A stretch of 35,080 bases of DNA from positions 1 to 35,080 of the forward strand of contig CAMCIP010000001.1 in NCBI GenBank assembly GCA_945874855.1. The letters are read 5' to 3'. Within the stretch, counting starts at the first letter, position 1. Each line of letters begins with the position of its first letter. This DNA comes from Brevundimonas vancanneytii. Lineage in GTDB: Bacteria > Pseudomonadota > Alphaproteobacteria > Caulobacterales > Caulobacteraceae. The notes below the pieces were generated by a model. That model saw only the letters and a program-made list of their open reading frames with translations, was not told the DNA's origin and searched no databases. The translations under genes were made by a program, and so were the position numbers. Of this stretch, positions 17,924 to 27,496 are shown in pieces.

Positions 17924-19345
17924 ATGCCCGACGCCAATTCCTCCTCGCCGATCGCGCCGACGGCCTCGTCGCGTCTTTGGACGGCGGGGGCCAGCGGTGG
18001 ACTGGCGGCGGCGGTGCTTCTGGGCGTTGCGGCGGTGAATCCGGACCAGGCCCCCTGGCTGGTGACGGGCGCCGTCGTGGTCGCCCTCGCCACCTGGCTG
18101 GTCAGCCGCCCGGGACCAACGCCCGTTGCATCCTCGCTGGCGGCCCCGGGCCCCGTGGCCCTGACGGGCGCGGCCGTTCCCGTCGTGGGCGCGCCCTCAC
18201 TGCTGGAGGCGGCGGTCGAGGCCCTGATCGACCCACTCCTCGTCGTCAGCGGGGGGGAGCCGGACGACATTGCAGGTCGACGGGTGGTGATGGCCAACCG
18301 CGCCGCGCGCGACCTTTTGCGCCTCAGCCGCGAAGGCGCGCTTCTGGTCTCGGTGCTGCGTGACCCGACGGTGCTGGAGGCGGTGGACGAAGCCCTGTTC
18401 GGCGGTGTGGCCCGATCCGTCGCCTGGGCGGCGGCAGGCGCCCAGGCGCGCCACTGGCAGGCCCAGGTGCGCCCATTGCCCGCGATCGACGATCGCCGTC
18501 TGGCCCTGGTGGTCCTGCGCGACGAAACCGATGTGCGGCGCATGGAGTTGATGCGGGTCGACTTCCTCGCCAACGCCAGTCACGAACTGCGCACGCCACT
18601 GGCCTCCCTCGCCGGATTCATCGAGACGCTGAAGGGACATGCCCGCGACGACCCCAAGGCGCGCGACCGCTTCCTCGACATCATGGGGGCCCAGGCCGAG
18701 CGGATGAGCCGGCTGGTCGCCGACCTGCTGTCGCTCAGCCGCATCGAGCTGAACGAACACATTCCGCCGTCCGGGCGCCTCGACCTGACGCGGGCGGTGG
18801 CCGATGTGGTCGACGCGCTCAGCGTATTGACCCACGAGCGGGACGTGCGCGTCGAGGTATCGGCGCAAGACGGCGTGCGCATCCGGGGCGAGCGCGACGA
18901 AATCCTGCAGGTCGTCCAGAATCTGATGGACAATGCGGTGAAGTACTCACCGCGCGAGGGGGTCGTCACCGTCGAGGTGCACTCGGGTCTCACGCTGGAG
19001 AAGGCCATGGGCGCCTGGTTCGAGGGGGCCTCGCGTCTGCCCTTGCTGACGCCGGATCGGGACGAGGCCGTTCGCTATGCCGCAGTGGTCGTGCGAGATG
19101 CGGGGCCGGGGCTGGCACGGGAGCACCTGCCACGCCTGACCGAGCGGTTCTATCGGGTCGAGGGCCAGAAGAGCGGCGACCGGCCCGGCACAGGGCTGGG
19201 TCTCGCCATCGTCAAACATATCGTCAACCGCCATCGCGGCGGACTGTCGGTCGAAAGCGTGCCCGGACAGGGCGCGGTCTTCACCGCCTTTTTCCCCATG
19301 GCCGAGGCCCCGCCGCCCCGGACAGGCATGGGCCCTGCGCTGTAA
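17924..19345 (+). CDS. phoR: Phosphate regulon sensor histidine kinase
   Basis: Two short TM segments, PAS-like region, DFLANASHELRTPL, NLMDNAVKY, RLTERFYRV, GTGLGLAIVKHI; directly upstream of pstCAB-phoU-phoB. ATG 17924 chosen as start. Confidence 0.93.
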   Translation: MPDANSSSPIAPTASSRLWTAGASGGLAAAVLLGVAAVNPDQAPWLVTGAVVVALATWLVSRPGPTPVASSLAAPGPVALTGAAVPVVGAPSLLEAAVEALIDPLLVVSGGEPDDIAGRRVVMANRAARDLLRLSREGALLVSVLRDPTVLEAVDEALFGGVARSVAWAAAGAQARHWQAQVRPLPAIDDRRLALVVLRDETDVRRMELMRVDFLANASHELRTPLASLAGFIETLKGHARDDPKARDRFLDIMGAQAERMSRLVADLLSLSRIELNEHIPPSGRLDLTRAVADVVDALSVLTHERDVRVEVSAQDGVRIRGERDEILQVVQNLMDNAVKYSPREGVVTVEVHSGLTLEKAMGAWFEGASRLPLLTPDRDEAVRYAAVVVRDAGPGLAREHLPRLTERFYRVEGQKSGDRPGTGLGLAIVKHIVNRHRGGLSVESVPGQGAVFTAFFPMAEAPPPRTGMGPAL

Positions 19346-19372
19346 CGTAACTGTCACCGAGCAGTCGTAATC
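19340..19372 (+). promoter_or_regulatory. PHO box (three 11-bp direct repeats) upstream of pstC
   Basis: CTGTAACGTAA-CTGTCACCGAG-CAGTCGTAATC matches the CTGTCAY-N4 PhoB unit; it overlaps the phoR stop and lies about 80 bp before pstC. Confidence 0.85.
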
Positions 19373-19451
19373 CGCTGACCAATCACGGGCAGTTTCCCGG
19401 CGGGGCGAGCCGGCCGTTCGGCACGGTCCGAGTCGCCCATTCCCGGACCCC

Positions 19452-20882
19452 ATGATCTGGCTTCTGATTTTCCTCGTCATCGTTCTGGCGCTCGCGGCCT
19501 TCGTCGGGGGCCGCGCCATCGCCGCGCGCCGGGCGCGTGACGAGAAGCCTCATTCGCGTCCTGAGCAGCACGGATTCTATGCAGCGATCTGGGTCGCGGG
19601 ACCCGCCCTGGCGGCGGTCCTGATCGCTTCCGCCATCGGCGCGCCGGTCGAGCGGCGCCTGCTGGAAGCCGGTCAGCCGGAAGCGGTGTCGGCCCTGGAG
19701 GATTTCCGTCGCGACGCCTTCTACGCCGACGTGACCCGCGTCGCCGCAGGCCAGGCCCCCGTCCAGCCGTGGGAAGCGCCGCTGGCCGGCGCGATGACCG
19801 AACAGGCCCAGCGCGCCGTCCAGCTGGATCAGGTGCGTGTCATCGGTGCCGTGGTTCTGGCTCTGCTGGCGGCAGCCCTGGGCGGTCTTTTCGCCTTCTC
19901 ACGGATCCGTCCGGACCTGCGGGCGCGCAACCGCGTCGAGGGCTGGGTCGTCGCTGTGCTGCTGGCCTGTTCGGCCGTGGCCGTGCTCACCACCGTGGGG
20001 ATCATTGCGGCCCTGCTGGTCGACGCGACGCGCTTCTTCCAGGCCGTACCGGTCGCCGACTTCCTGTTCGGCACCCAGTGGAGCCCGCAGACCGCGATCC
20101 GCGCCGATCAGGTCGGATCCACCGGCGCCTTCGGGGCCCTGCCTCTTTTCGCGGGCACCTTCCTGATCATGCTGATCGCCATGACCGTGGCCGCGCCGGT
20201 CGGGCTGATGTCGGCCATCTATCTTTCCGAGTACGCCAGTCCCCTGACACGCGCCGTGGTGAAGCCGGTGCTGGAGATTCTGGCCGGGGTGCCGACCGTC
20301 GTCTACGGCTTCTTCGCCGCCCTGACCGTGGGTCCGGCTTTCCGCGAGGGTTTCAACTGGATCGGCGCGCAACTGGTCGGCGGCCCCCTGGACGGGCTGG
20401 GCGAGTATCTGATGCTGGTGCAGAACCAGATGGCCCTGGTCGCGGGCGGGGTGATGGGGATCATGCTCATCCCCTTCGTCAGCTCCCTGTCCGACGACAT
20501 CCTGAACGCCGTGCCTCAGTCGCTTCGCGACGGATCTCTGGCCATGGGGGCGACCCGGTCCGAGACGGTCGGGCGCGTGCTGATGCCCGCAGCCCTGCCG
20601 GGCGTCGCCGGTGCCCTGTTGCTGGCCGTGTCGCGCGCGGTCGGTGAGACCATGATCGTGACCATGGCCGCCGGACTTGCCGCGCGCTTGACGCTCAATC
20701 CGCTGGATACGGTCACGACGGTGACGGTGCAGATCGTGACCCTTCTGACCGGCGACCAGGAGTTTGACTCGACCAAGACCCTGTCCGCCTTCGGCCTGGG
20801 CCTGACCCTGTTCCTGGCCACCCTCCTGCTGAACGTGGTCGCCCAGCGCATCGTCCAGACCTATCGGCAACAGTATGACTGA
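19452..20882 (+). CDS. pstC: Phosphate ABC transporter permease PstC (long alphaproteobacterial N-terminus)
   Basis: FLFGTQWSP, AIYLSEYA, LEILAGVPTVVYGFFA, EAA-type loop LRDGSLAMGATRSET, SRAVGETM. Confidence 0.96.
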   Translation: MIWLLIFLVIVLALAAFVGGRAIAARRARDEKPHSRPEQHGFYAAIWVAGPALAAVLIASAIGAPVERRLLEAGQPEAVSALEDFRRDAFYADVTRVAAGQAPVQPWEAPLAGAMTEQAQRAVQLDQVRVIGAVVLALLAAALGGLFAFSRIRPDLRARNRVEGWVVAVLLACSAVAVLTTVGIIAALLVDATRFFQAVPVADFLFGTQWSPQTAIRADQVGSTGAFGALPLFAGTFLIMLIAMTVAAPVGLMSAIYLSEYASPLTRAVVKPVLEILAGVPTVVYGFFAALTVGPAFREGFNWIGAQLVGGPLDGLGEYLMLVQNQMALVAGGVMGIMLIPFVSSLSDDILNAVPQSLRDGSLAMGATRSETVGRVLMPAALPGVAGALLLAVSRAVGETMIVTMAAGLAARLTLNPLDTVTTVTVQIVTLLTGDQEFDSTKTLSAFGLGLTLFLATLLLNVVAQRIVQTYRQQYD

Positions 20883-22167
20883 CGCCCCCTCCCGCGCCGG
20901 TTCCGATCCGCGAATGGATCGCCTGAAGGCGGGCCTGCGCCGCCGCTATGGCCGAGAGCGCCGCTTTCGCCTTTACGGCCTGTTGGCCATCGCCGTGGCC
21001 ATCGGTTTTCTGGCCTTGTTGCTGGGCCGGATCTGGGATCAGGGCCACACCGCCTTCATCGCCCACAATCTCGAGGTCGAGGTCTTCATGGACCCGGCCC
21101 GTATCGACCCCGACTATCCCCAGGGCACCAACTTCCCCCAGATGGTGGCCGAACAGCAGCTGGCGGCCCGGGGTCTGAGCGACGACGCGACCGGACGGGC
21201 GTCCTCCGAGTTGCGCGGACTGTTCTCTTCGGAGCTGAAGTTTCAGGCCGGCGATCTGGTGCGGGCCGATCCTTCCGTGATCGGCAAGACGGTGACGATC
21301 AACGCCCCCCTGTCCGACGATGCGGATCTGTATTTCAAGGGCGAGATCGAGCGCGACACCCCGGCGGACCAGCGCCGTCTGACCGACCGCCAGCTGGACT
21401 GGCTGGACCGGCTGGAGGCCGAGGGTCTGGTGGAGCGGCGCTTCAACACCCTGCTGTTCACCAACGGCGACTCCACCGAGCCCGAGCTGGCCGGCGTTCT
21501 GGGCGCGGTCGTGGGGTCGGCCCTGTTGCTGCTGGTGACCGCCTTACTGGCCATTCCGATCGGCGTCGCGGCGGCCGTCTACCTCGAGGAGTTCGCGCCC
21601 AAGAACAGGCTCAGCGCCCTGATCGAGGTCAACATCAACAATCTGGCCGCAGTGCCGTCGATCGTTTACGGCCTGCTGGGCCTCGCCCTGTTCATCAACT
21701 GGATGCACCTGCCGAGATCGTCGCCGCTGGTGGGCGGTCTGGTGCTGGCCCTCATGGCGCTGCCGACCATCATCATCGCCACCCGCTCGTCGCTGAAGGC
21801 GGTGCCGCCGTCGATCCGCGAGGCGGCGCTGGCGCTGGGCGCATCGCGCATCCAGACGGTGTTCCAGCACGTCCTGCCCCTCGCGATGCCGGGCGTGATG
21901 ACGGGCGCCATCATCTCCATGGCCCATGCGCTGGGCGAGACTGCGCCGTTGCTTTTGATCGGCATGGTCAGCTTCGTGCCCGGCGTGGCGACAAGTTTCA
22001 CCGACCCGACGGGTGCCCTCCCGTCCCTCATCTACATCTGGGAGAACGCCTCGGAGCGCGCGTTCCATGAACGCACCGCCGCGGCCATCATGGTTCTCCT
22101 CGCCTTCATGATCGTCATGAACGCCGCCGCCATCATCCTGCGGCGCCGTTTCGAACGCCGGTGGTAA
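20875..22167 (+). CDS. pstA: Phosphate ABC transporter permease PstA
   Basis: [44 protein letters not shown]. Confidence 0.96.
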   Translation: MTDAPSRAGSDPRMDRLKAGLRRRYGRERRFRLYGLLAIAVAIGFLALLLGRIWDQGHTAFIAHNLEVEVFMDPARIDPDYPQGTNFPQMVAEQQLAARGLSDDATGRASSELRGLFSSELKFQAGDLVRADPSVIGKTVTINAPLSDDADLYFKGEIERDTPADQRRLTDRQLDWLDRLEAEGLVERRFNTLLFTNGDSTEPELAGVLGAVVGSALLLLVTALLAIPIGVAAAVYLEEFAPKNRLSALIEVNINNLAAVPSIVYGLLGLALFINWMHLPRSSPLVGGLVLALMALPTIIIATRSSLKAVPPSIREAALALGASRIQTVFQHVLPLAMPGVMTGAIISMAHALGETAPLLLIGMVSFVPGVATSFTDPTGALPSLIYIWENASERAFHERTAAAIMVLLAFMIVMNAAAIILRRRFERRW

Positions 22168-22172
22168 AGCTG

Positions 22173-23087
22173 ATGAAGTTCCAGATCTTCCGCGCCCAGG
22201 ACGACCGAGCCGGTGGGTCGGGCGACCCGACGGCAACGCCTCCCCTCGGCGGCCAGGGCCTGCCCGACGCCCAGCCGGCCGCTCCGACGATGGACGCCGC
22301 GGTGAAGCCGCGTCCGGCTGAGCCGATGGGGCCGATCAAGATCCGCGCCCGCGATGTGTCCGTCTTCTATGGCGACAAGCAGGCGCTGTTCGACGTCGCC
22401 CTGGACATTCCCGACAAGACCGTGACGGCCTTCATCGGCCCGTCGGGTTGCGGCAAGTCGACCTTCCTGCGCTGCCTGAACCGGATGAACGACACCATCT
22501 CCATCGCCAGGGTGACCGGGCGGATCGAGATGGACGGCGAGGACATCAACGCCCGTTCGGTCGATCCCGTGCTGTTGCGCGCCCGGGTCGGCATGGTGTT
22601 CCAAAAGCCCAACCCCTTCCCCAAGTCGATCTATGAGAACGTGGCCTATGGCCCGCGCATCCATGGCCTGACCTCCAGCAAGGCCGAGATGGACCAGGTG
22701 GTCGAGGCGTCGCTGCGGCGCGCCGGTCTGTGGGAGGAGGTTGCGGATCGGCTGCAGTCGCCGGGAACCGGCCTGTCGGGCGGTCAGCAGCAACGTCTGG
22801 TCATCGCCCGTGCCATCGCGGTCGAGCCCGAGGTCATCCTGATGGACGAGCCCTGCTCGGCCCTGGACCCCATCGCCACGGCCAAGATCGAGGAACTGAT
22901 CGACGAGCTGCGTGAGCGCTACTGCATCGTCATCGTCACCCACTCGATGGCCCAGGCGGCGCGGGTCAGCCAGCGTACCGCCTTCTTCCACCTGGGCCGT
23001 CTTGTCGAGCATGGGCCGACCGAGGAAATCTTCACGAATCCCCGCGAACGGCGCACGCTGGACTACATCACCGGCAGGTTCGGCTAA
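22173..23087 (+). CDS. pstB: Phosphate ABC transporter ATPase PstB
   Basis: [56 protein letters not shown]. Start uncertain (ATG 22173 or a downstream Met). Confidence 0.97.
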   Translation: MKFQIFRAQDDRAGGSGDPTATPPLGGQGLPDAQPAAPTMDAAVKPRPAEPMGPIKIRARDVSVFYGDKQALFDVALDIPDKTVTAFIGPSGCGKSTFLRCLNRMNDTISIARVTGRIEMDGEDINARSVDPVLLRARVGMVFQKPNPFPKSIYENVAYGPRIHGLTSSKAEMDQVVEASLRRAGLWEEVADRLQSPGTGLSGGQQQRLVIARAIAVEPEVILMDEPCSALDPIATAKIEELIDELRERYCIVIVTHSMAQAARVSQRTAFFHLGRLVEHGPTEEIFTNPRERRTLDYITGRFG

Positions 23088-23095
23088 GGCGGCGA

Positions 23096-23815
23096 ATGAA
23101 CCAGCACACGGTCAAGTCCTACGGCGACGAGCTGAACCAGCTCACGGCCGAGGTCGCCCGCATGGGCGGCCTTGCGGAGGCGCAGGTCGCCGATGCGGTG
23201 GACTCCGTGGCGCGCCGCGACGTGGCCCTGGCCCAGGCCGTGACCCAGCGCGACGTCCGGCTGGACGCCATGCACCACGACATCGAGAAGAAGGCCATCC
23301 GCCTGATCGCGCTGCGGCAGCCGGTGGCGTCTGACCTGCGCAAGACGCTGGCGGCCATGAAGCTGGCGGTCGATCTGGAGCGGACGGGCGATCTGGCCCG
23401 CAACATCGCCAAACGGGCGCTGATCCTCGCCGAGGGCGAGCCCATGCTGCCGCTGACCCGCTCGATCGAGCGGATGGGCCGATTGGTCTCGACCCGGCTG
23501 CGCGACGTCATGGACGCCTACACCGCCTCCGAGGTCGATCGCGCCATGGCGGTCTGGACTTCGGACGACGAGGTGGACGAGCACTACAACAGCCTGTTCC
23601 GCGAGTTGCTGACCTATATGATGGGTGACCCGCGGACGATTACGGCCTGCACCCATCTGCTGTTCATGGCCAAGAACCTGGAACGCATCGGCGATCATGC
23701 GACCAATATCGCCGAGACCATCCACTATGAGATCACCGGCGGCGACATGATCGGCGAACGCCCGCGCCTGTCCGCCTTGCCGAGCGAGTTCGAGTTCACG
23801 GGCGGGGCCGCCTGA
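23096..23815 (+). CDS. phoU: Phosphate signalling/transport regulator PhoU
   Basis: LRQPVASDLR, DLERTGDLARNIA, DDEVD, KNLERIGDHATNIAE. Confidence 0.97.
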   Translation: MNQHTVKSYGDELNQLTAEVARMGGLAEAQVADAVDSVARRDVALAQAVTQRDVRLDAMHHDIEKKAIRLIALRQPVASDLRKTLAAMKLAVDLERTGDLARNIAKRALILAEGEPMLPLTRSIERMGRLVSTRLRDVMDAYTASEVDRAMAVWTSDDEVDEHYNSLFRELLTYMMGDPRTITACTHLLFMAKNLERIGDHATNIAETIHYEITGGDMIGERPRLSALPSEFEFTGGAA

Positions 23816-23849
23816 CCCGCCGAACGCCTGACCGACCGGAGAGCCTGAC

Positions 23850-24539
23850 GTGCAGCCTTATGTTCTGGTGATGGAAGACGAGGACGCCCTCGCCACCCTG
23901 CTGCAGTACAATCTGGAGAAGGAGGGCTATCGCGTCGTGGTCGCCTCCGACGGGGAGGAGGGTCTGGTCCAGATCGACGAGCGCCTGCCCGACCTGGTCC
24001 TGCTGGACTGGATGCTGCCCAAGGTGTCGGGCATCGAGGTGTGCCGTCGCCTGCGCGGCCGGCCCGAGACGCGCAACCTGCCGATCATCATGCTGACCGC
24101 CCGCGGCGAGGAGACCGATCGCGTGCGCGGGCTGGACACCGGCGCCGACGACTATCTGACCAAGCCCTTCTCGATGACCGAGCTGATCGCCCGCATCCGC
24201 GCCGTGCTGCGCCGCATCCGTCCGGGCCTGGCCGACGACCGCATCAACCACGGCGACATCATCATCGACCGCGTCGCCCACCGCGTCCGCCGCGCCGGGG
24301 CCGAGGTCCATCTCGGCCCGACCGAATTCCGTCTGCTGGATCACTTCATGCAGCACCCGGGCCGGGTCTTCAGCCGCGAACAGCTGCTGGACGCCGTCTG
24401 GGGCTCGGACGTCTATGTGGAAGCCCGCACGGTCGACGTCCATGTCGGCCGGCTGCGCAAGGCGCTGGGCGTCGACGGCACGGTCAACCCGATCCGCACG
24501 GTCCGCTCGGCGGGCTATTCGCTGGATCTGGAGGGGTGA
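23850..24539 (+). CDS. phoB: Phosphate regulon response regulator PhoB
   Basis: GTG start after GGAGAG; LLDWMLP, LTARGEE, GADDYLTKPFS, LGPTEFRLL, VWG, RTVDVHVGRLRK, IRTVRSAGY. Confidence 0.97.
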   Translation: MQPYVLVMEDEDALATLLQYNLEKEGYRVVVASDGEEGLVQIDERLPDLVLLDWMLPKVSGIEVCRRLRGRPETRNLPIIMLTARGEETDRVRGLDTGADDYLTKPFSMTELIARIRAVLRRIRPGLADDRINHGDIIIDRVAHRVRRAGAEVHLGPTEFRLLDHFMQHPGRVFSREQLLDAVWGSDVYVEARTVDVHVGRLRKALGVDGTVNPIRTVRSAGYSLDLEG

Positions 24540-24609
24540 CGCCGCGTCGCTGGCGCTTCGGGGCCAGGGCGGGCTAGGCTTCGACCCTCGTTTCGAGGGG
24601 AGCCACCAG

Positions 24610-26448
24610 ATGCGCCGCCGCACCTTCCTGTCCACGCTGCCCGCCGGGGCGCTGGTCGCCGGGGCCTCCGCCGCTTCGGGCCAGTCTGCGCCCGGCGCGC
24701 GGCCGTCGTCACCCAGCCCGGCCCAGACGCCCCCGACCTATCCCTATCGCGGCGTCGGCATGGGCGACCGCATCATGGGCGCGCCGTTCGCCGGGCGCTC
24801 GACCGTGTGGGGAACACGCGGGGCGGTGGCCACGGCCCACCCGACCGCGACCCTGATGGGCCTCGACACCCTGCGCCGCGGCGGCTCGGCCATAGATGCG
24901 GCCATCGCCGTCAACGCCGCCCTGGGTTTTCTGGAGCCTGTGGCCAACGGCATCGGCGGCGACGCCTTCGGCCTGCTGTGGGACCCCGGACAGGGCAAGG
25001 TCGTCGGCTTCAACGGCTCGGGAAACAGTCCGCTCGGGCTGTCGTTGGACGCGGCGCGGGGCAAGGCCAATGCGCGGGGCAATCTGCCCTCCTATGGCGC
25101 GGTCACGGTCAACGTCCCGGGCACGGTCGACGCCTGGTGGCAGGCGCACCAGCGGTATGGAAAGCTGCCCTGGAAGGACGTCCTGCTGCCGGTCGCCGAA
25201 CTGTGCGAGCGCGGCGAGGCCATGCCCCAGCTGATCGCCTTCTATCTGGAGCGCAACATGGCCGGTTTCGACCGGTCGGCGGCGATCATCGAGGACAATG
25301 ACAACCGCAAGCGCGTCTACGCTCCGGACGGCCGCACGCCCCGGGTCGGCGAAGTCTTCGCCAACCCCGACCTGGGCCGCACCTACCGCCTGATCGCCGA
25401 GGGCGGCCGCGACGCCTTCTATGAGGGCCCGATCGCCGAGGCCATTGAGGCCTACTTCCGGCGCATCGGCGGATGGATGACCCGCGCGGACCTGGCCGCA
25501 CACCGGACCGAGTGGGTTGCACCGCTGGTGTCCAACTACCGCGGCGTCGACGTGCACCAGTTGGGGCCAAACACCCAGGGCCTGTCGACCCTGCAGATCC
25601 TGAACGTCTGCGAGCGCTTCGATCTCAAGGGTCTGGGCTTCCAGACTGCCGCCTCGATCCATGTCCAGGCCGAGGCCAAGCGTCTGGCCTTCGAGGACCG
25701 GGCCCGCTGGTTCGCCGACGACCGGTTCTCGAAGACGCCGGTCGAGCGGCTGATCTCCAAGGCCTACGCCGCGGAGCGCGCCGCGCTGATCCGGCCGGAC
25801 CGGGTCATGGACCGGGCCATGCCCGGCGACGCCCCGACCCAGGGCGACACCACCTATTTCAGCGTCGCTGACGCCGACGGCATGATGGTCAGCTGGATCC
25901 AGTCCAACTATCGCGGCATGGGTTCGGGCCTGGTGCCCGACGATGGCGCGGGCCGCACACTCGGCTTCATGTTCCAGGATCGCGGGGAGCTGTTCGCCCT
26001 GAGTGACGGCCACCCCAACGTCTATGCCCCGGGCAAGCGGCCCTTCCACACCATCATCCCGGGCTTCGCGACGCGGGACGGCAAGCCGTGGATGGCGTTC
26101 GGCGTCATGGGCGGGGGGATGCAGCCGCAAGGCCAGGCGCAGATCGTGATCAATATGGTCGACTATGGCCTGGACCCGCAGGAAGCCGGCGACGCCCCGC
26201 GCTGGCAGCACGAGGGCAGTTCGGAGCCGACGGGTCAGGCGGCCGAGGGGTCAGGCGTGCTGCATCTGGAGTCCGGCGTGCCGGAGGCGACGCGCGAGCA
26301 GCTGCGCGCCATGGGCTGGACGCTGGGCCCGCCCAACGGCGGCTTCGGCGGCTATCAGAACGTGGTGCGGCAGGACAATGCGCGGGGTCCGTGGACCTAT
26401 GGCGCGGCGTCGGAAGCCCGCAAGGACGGGCTGGCGCTGGCCTGGTGA
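24610..26448 (+). CDS. ggt: Gamma-glutamyltransferase family protein, Tat-exported
   Basis: ATG 24610 after GAGGGGAG; MRRRTFL twin-Arg signal; GGSAIDAAIA, GIGGDAF, VPGTVDAW, GDTTYFSVAD (autoprocessing Thr), KRPFHTIIP, GVMGGGMQPQG, RKDG. Confidence 0.92.
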   Translation: MRRRTFLSTLPAGALVAGASAASGQSAPGARPSSPSPAQTPPTYPYRGVGMGDRIMGAPFAGRSTVWGTRGAVATAHPTATLMGLDTLRRGGSAIDAAIAVNAALGFLEPVANGIGGDAFGLLWDPGQGKVVGFNGSGNSPLGLSLDAARGKANARGNLPSYGAVTVNVPGTVDAWWQAHQRYGKLPWKDVLLPVAELCERGEAMPQLIAFYLERNMAGFDRSAAIIEDNDNRKRVYAPDGRTPRVGEVFANPDLGRTYRLIAEGGRDAFYEGPIAEAIEAYFRRIGGWMTRADLAAHRTEWVAPLVSNYRGVDVHQLGPNTQGLSTLQILNVCERFDLKGLGFQTAASIHVQAEAKRLAFEDRARWFADDRFSKTPVERLISKAYAAERAALIRPDRVMDRAMPGDAPTQGDTTYFSVADADGMMVSWIQSNYRGMGSGLVPDDGAGRTLGFMFQDRGELFALSDGHPNVYAPGKRPFHTIIPGFATRDGKPWMAFGVMGGGMQPQGQAQIVINMVDYGLDPQEAGDAPRWQHEGSSEPTGQAAEGSGVLHLESGVPEATREQLRAMGWTLGPPNGGFGGYQNVVRQDNARGPWTYGAASEARKDGLALAW

Positions 26449-27350
26449 GCCACCGTCTCCGGGTCCAGGGCATAGACGCGGGCGCAGTATTCGCAGGTCA
26501 CGTGGATCTTGCCGTCCGGCTCGACCATCTCCGCCCGCTCCTCGGCCGGGAAACTGCCCAGCACAGCCCCGATGCGGTCGGCCGAGCAGCGGCAGCTGGC
26601 CTTGAGCGCGCGCGTGCCTTCCAGCCGCACGCCGTCTTCGTGAAACAGGCGATAGAGCAGGACCTGGGGGGTGACCTCGGGATCCAGCAACTCGTCGTCG
26701 GCCAGGGTGGCGAACAGGGCGCGGCTGCGGTCCCAGACGTCTTCCGTGGACCCGCGGGCGTCGTCGGCGGCGATGACCTGGATCAGGGCGCCGCCCGCGC
26801 GCCAGTTCGGGCCAGTGCCGGAGTCGACCGACCCGACCGCCAGCCGGACCTTGGTCGGCACCTGTTCGGACTGTTCGAAGAAATGCTCGGCGCACAGGCT
26901 CAGTGACTCACCCTCGATCGGCGTGATGCCCTGGGTACGCTCGAAGTCGGGACCGCGGTCCACCGTCATGATCATGACGCCCTGACCCAGCAGCGACTGT
27001 GCGCCGGGGCGGGCAAAGCCGGCGGACGCCGCGGCCACCGCCTCCGGGTCGAACCGGCAGAAGCCGCGCAGGGTGCCGGTCGTGTCGTAGTCGGCCACGA
27101 CATAGCGCACAGGCCCGTCGCCCTGGGCCTGGACGATCAGCCGTCCTTCGAACTTCAGGCTGGAGCCCACCAGGGCCGCCAGCACGCAGGCCTCGCCCAG
27201 CAGGGCCGCCACCGGCTCGGGATAGTCGTGGGCCGACAGCACCTGATGCACGGCCGCGCCCAGGCGCACGATGCGTCCCCGCACGGGCCATCCCTCGATC
27301 TGGAAGGCTGCGGCAAGGTCGTCGTCGAGCGGGATCAGGGGGTCGGTCAA
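26397..27350 (-). CDS. hslO: Hsp33 redox-regulated chaperone
   Basis: RGRIVRL, YPEPVAALLGE, QGDGP, QSEQVPT, AGGALIQ, Zn motif CRCS...CEYC; TTG start; 3' end overlaps ggt by 52 bp. Confidence 0.95.
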   Translation of the reverse strand: MTDPLIPLDDDLAAAFQIEGWPVRGRIVRLGAAVHQVLSAHDYPEPVAALLGEACVLAALVGSSLKFEGRLIVQAQGDGPVRYVVADYDTTGTLRGFCRFDPEAVAAASAGFARPGAQSLLGQGVMIMTVDRGPDFERTQGITPIEGESLSLCAEHFFEQSEQVPTKVRLAVGSVDSGTGPNWRAGGALIQVIAADDARGSTEDVWDRSRALFATLADDELLDPEVTPQVLLYRLFHEDGVRLEGTRALKASCRCSADRIGAVLGSFPAEERAEMVEPDGKIHVTCEYCARVYALDPETVAHQASASPSLRASDAAP

Positions 27351-27386
27351 GGCAGGGTCCGGCGGCGGTTGCGAGCAGGCGCTCCC

Positions 27387-27415
27387 AAATAGTCGCCCGC
27401 ATGGCCCTTGGTAAG
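27387..27415 (-). promoter_or_regulatory. Weak sigma32 (RpoH)-like promoter for hslO
   Basis: Minus strand CTTACC-N16-ACTATTT is a partial match to the alphaproteobacterial CTTG...CYTATNT pattern; plausible for a heat-shock gene. Confidence 0.3.
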
Positions 27416-27437
27416 TCCGTCATGCTAGTCCGGGGAT

Positions 27438-27462
27438 GGAACCCTGTCAGACGGGGTCAGTT
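27438..27462 (+). promoter_or_regulatory. EcfG/SigT-type general stress promoter
   Basis: GGAAC-N17-GTT, ending 34 nt before the SDR ATG. Confidence 0.65.
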
Positions 27463-27496
27463 TGACTCCCGTCCCCGCACCCGGACCCGAGAGACC

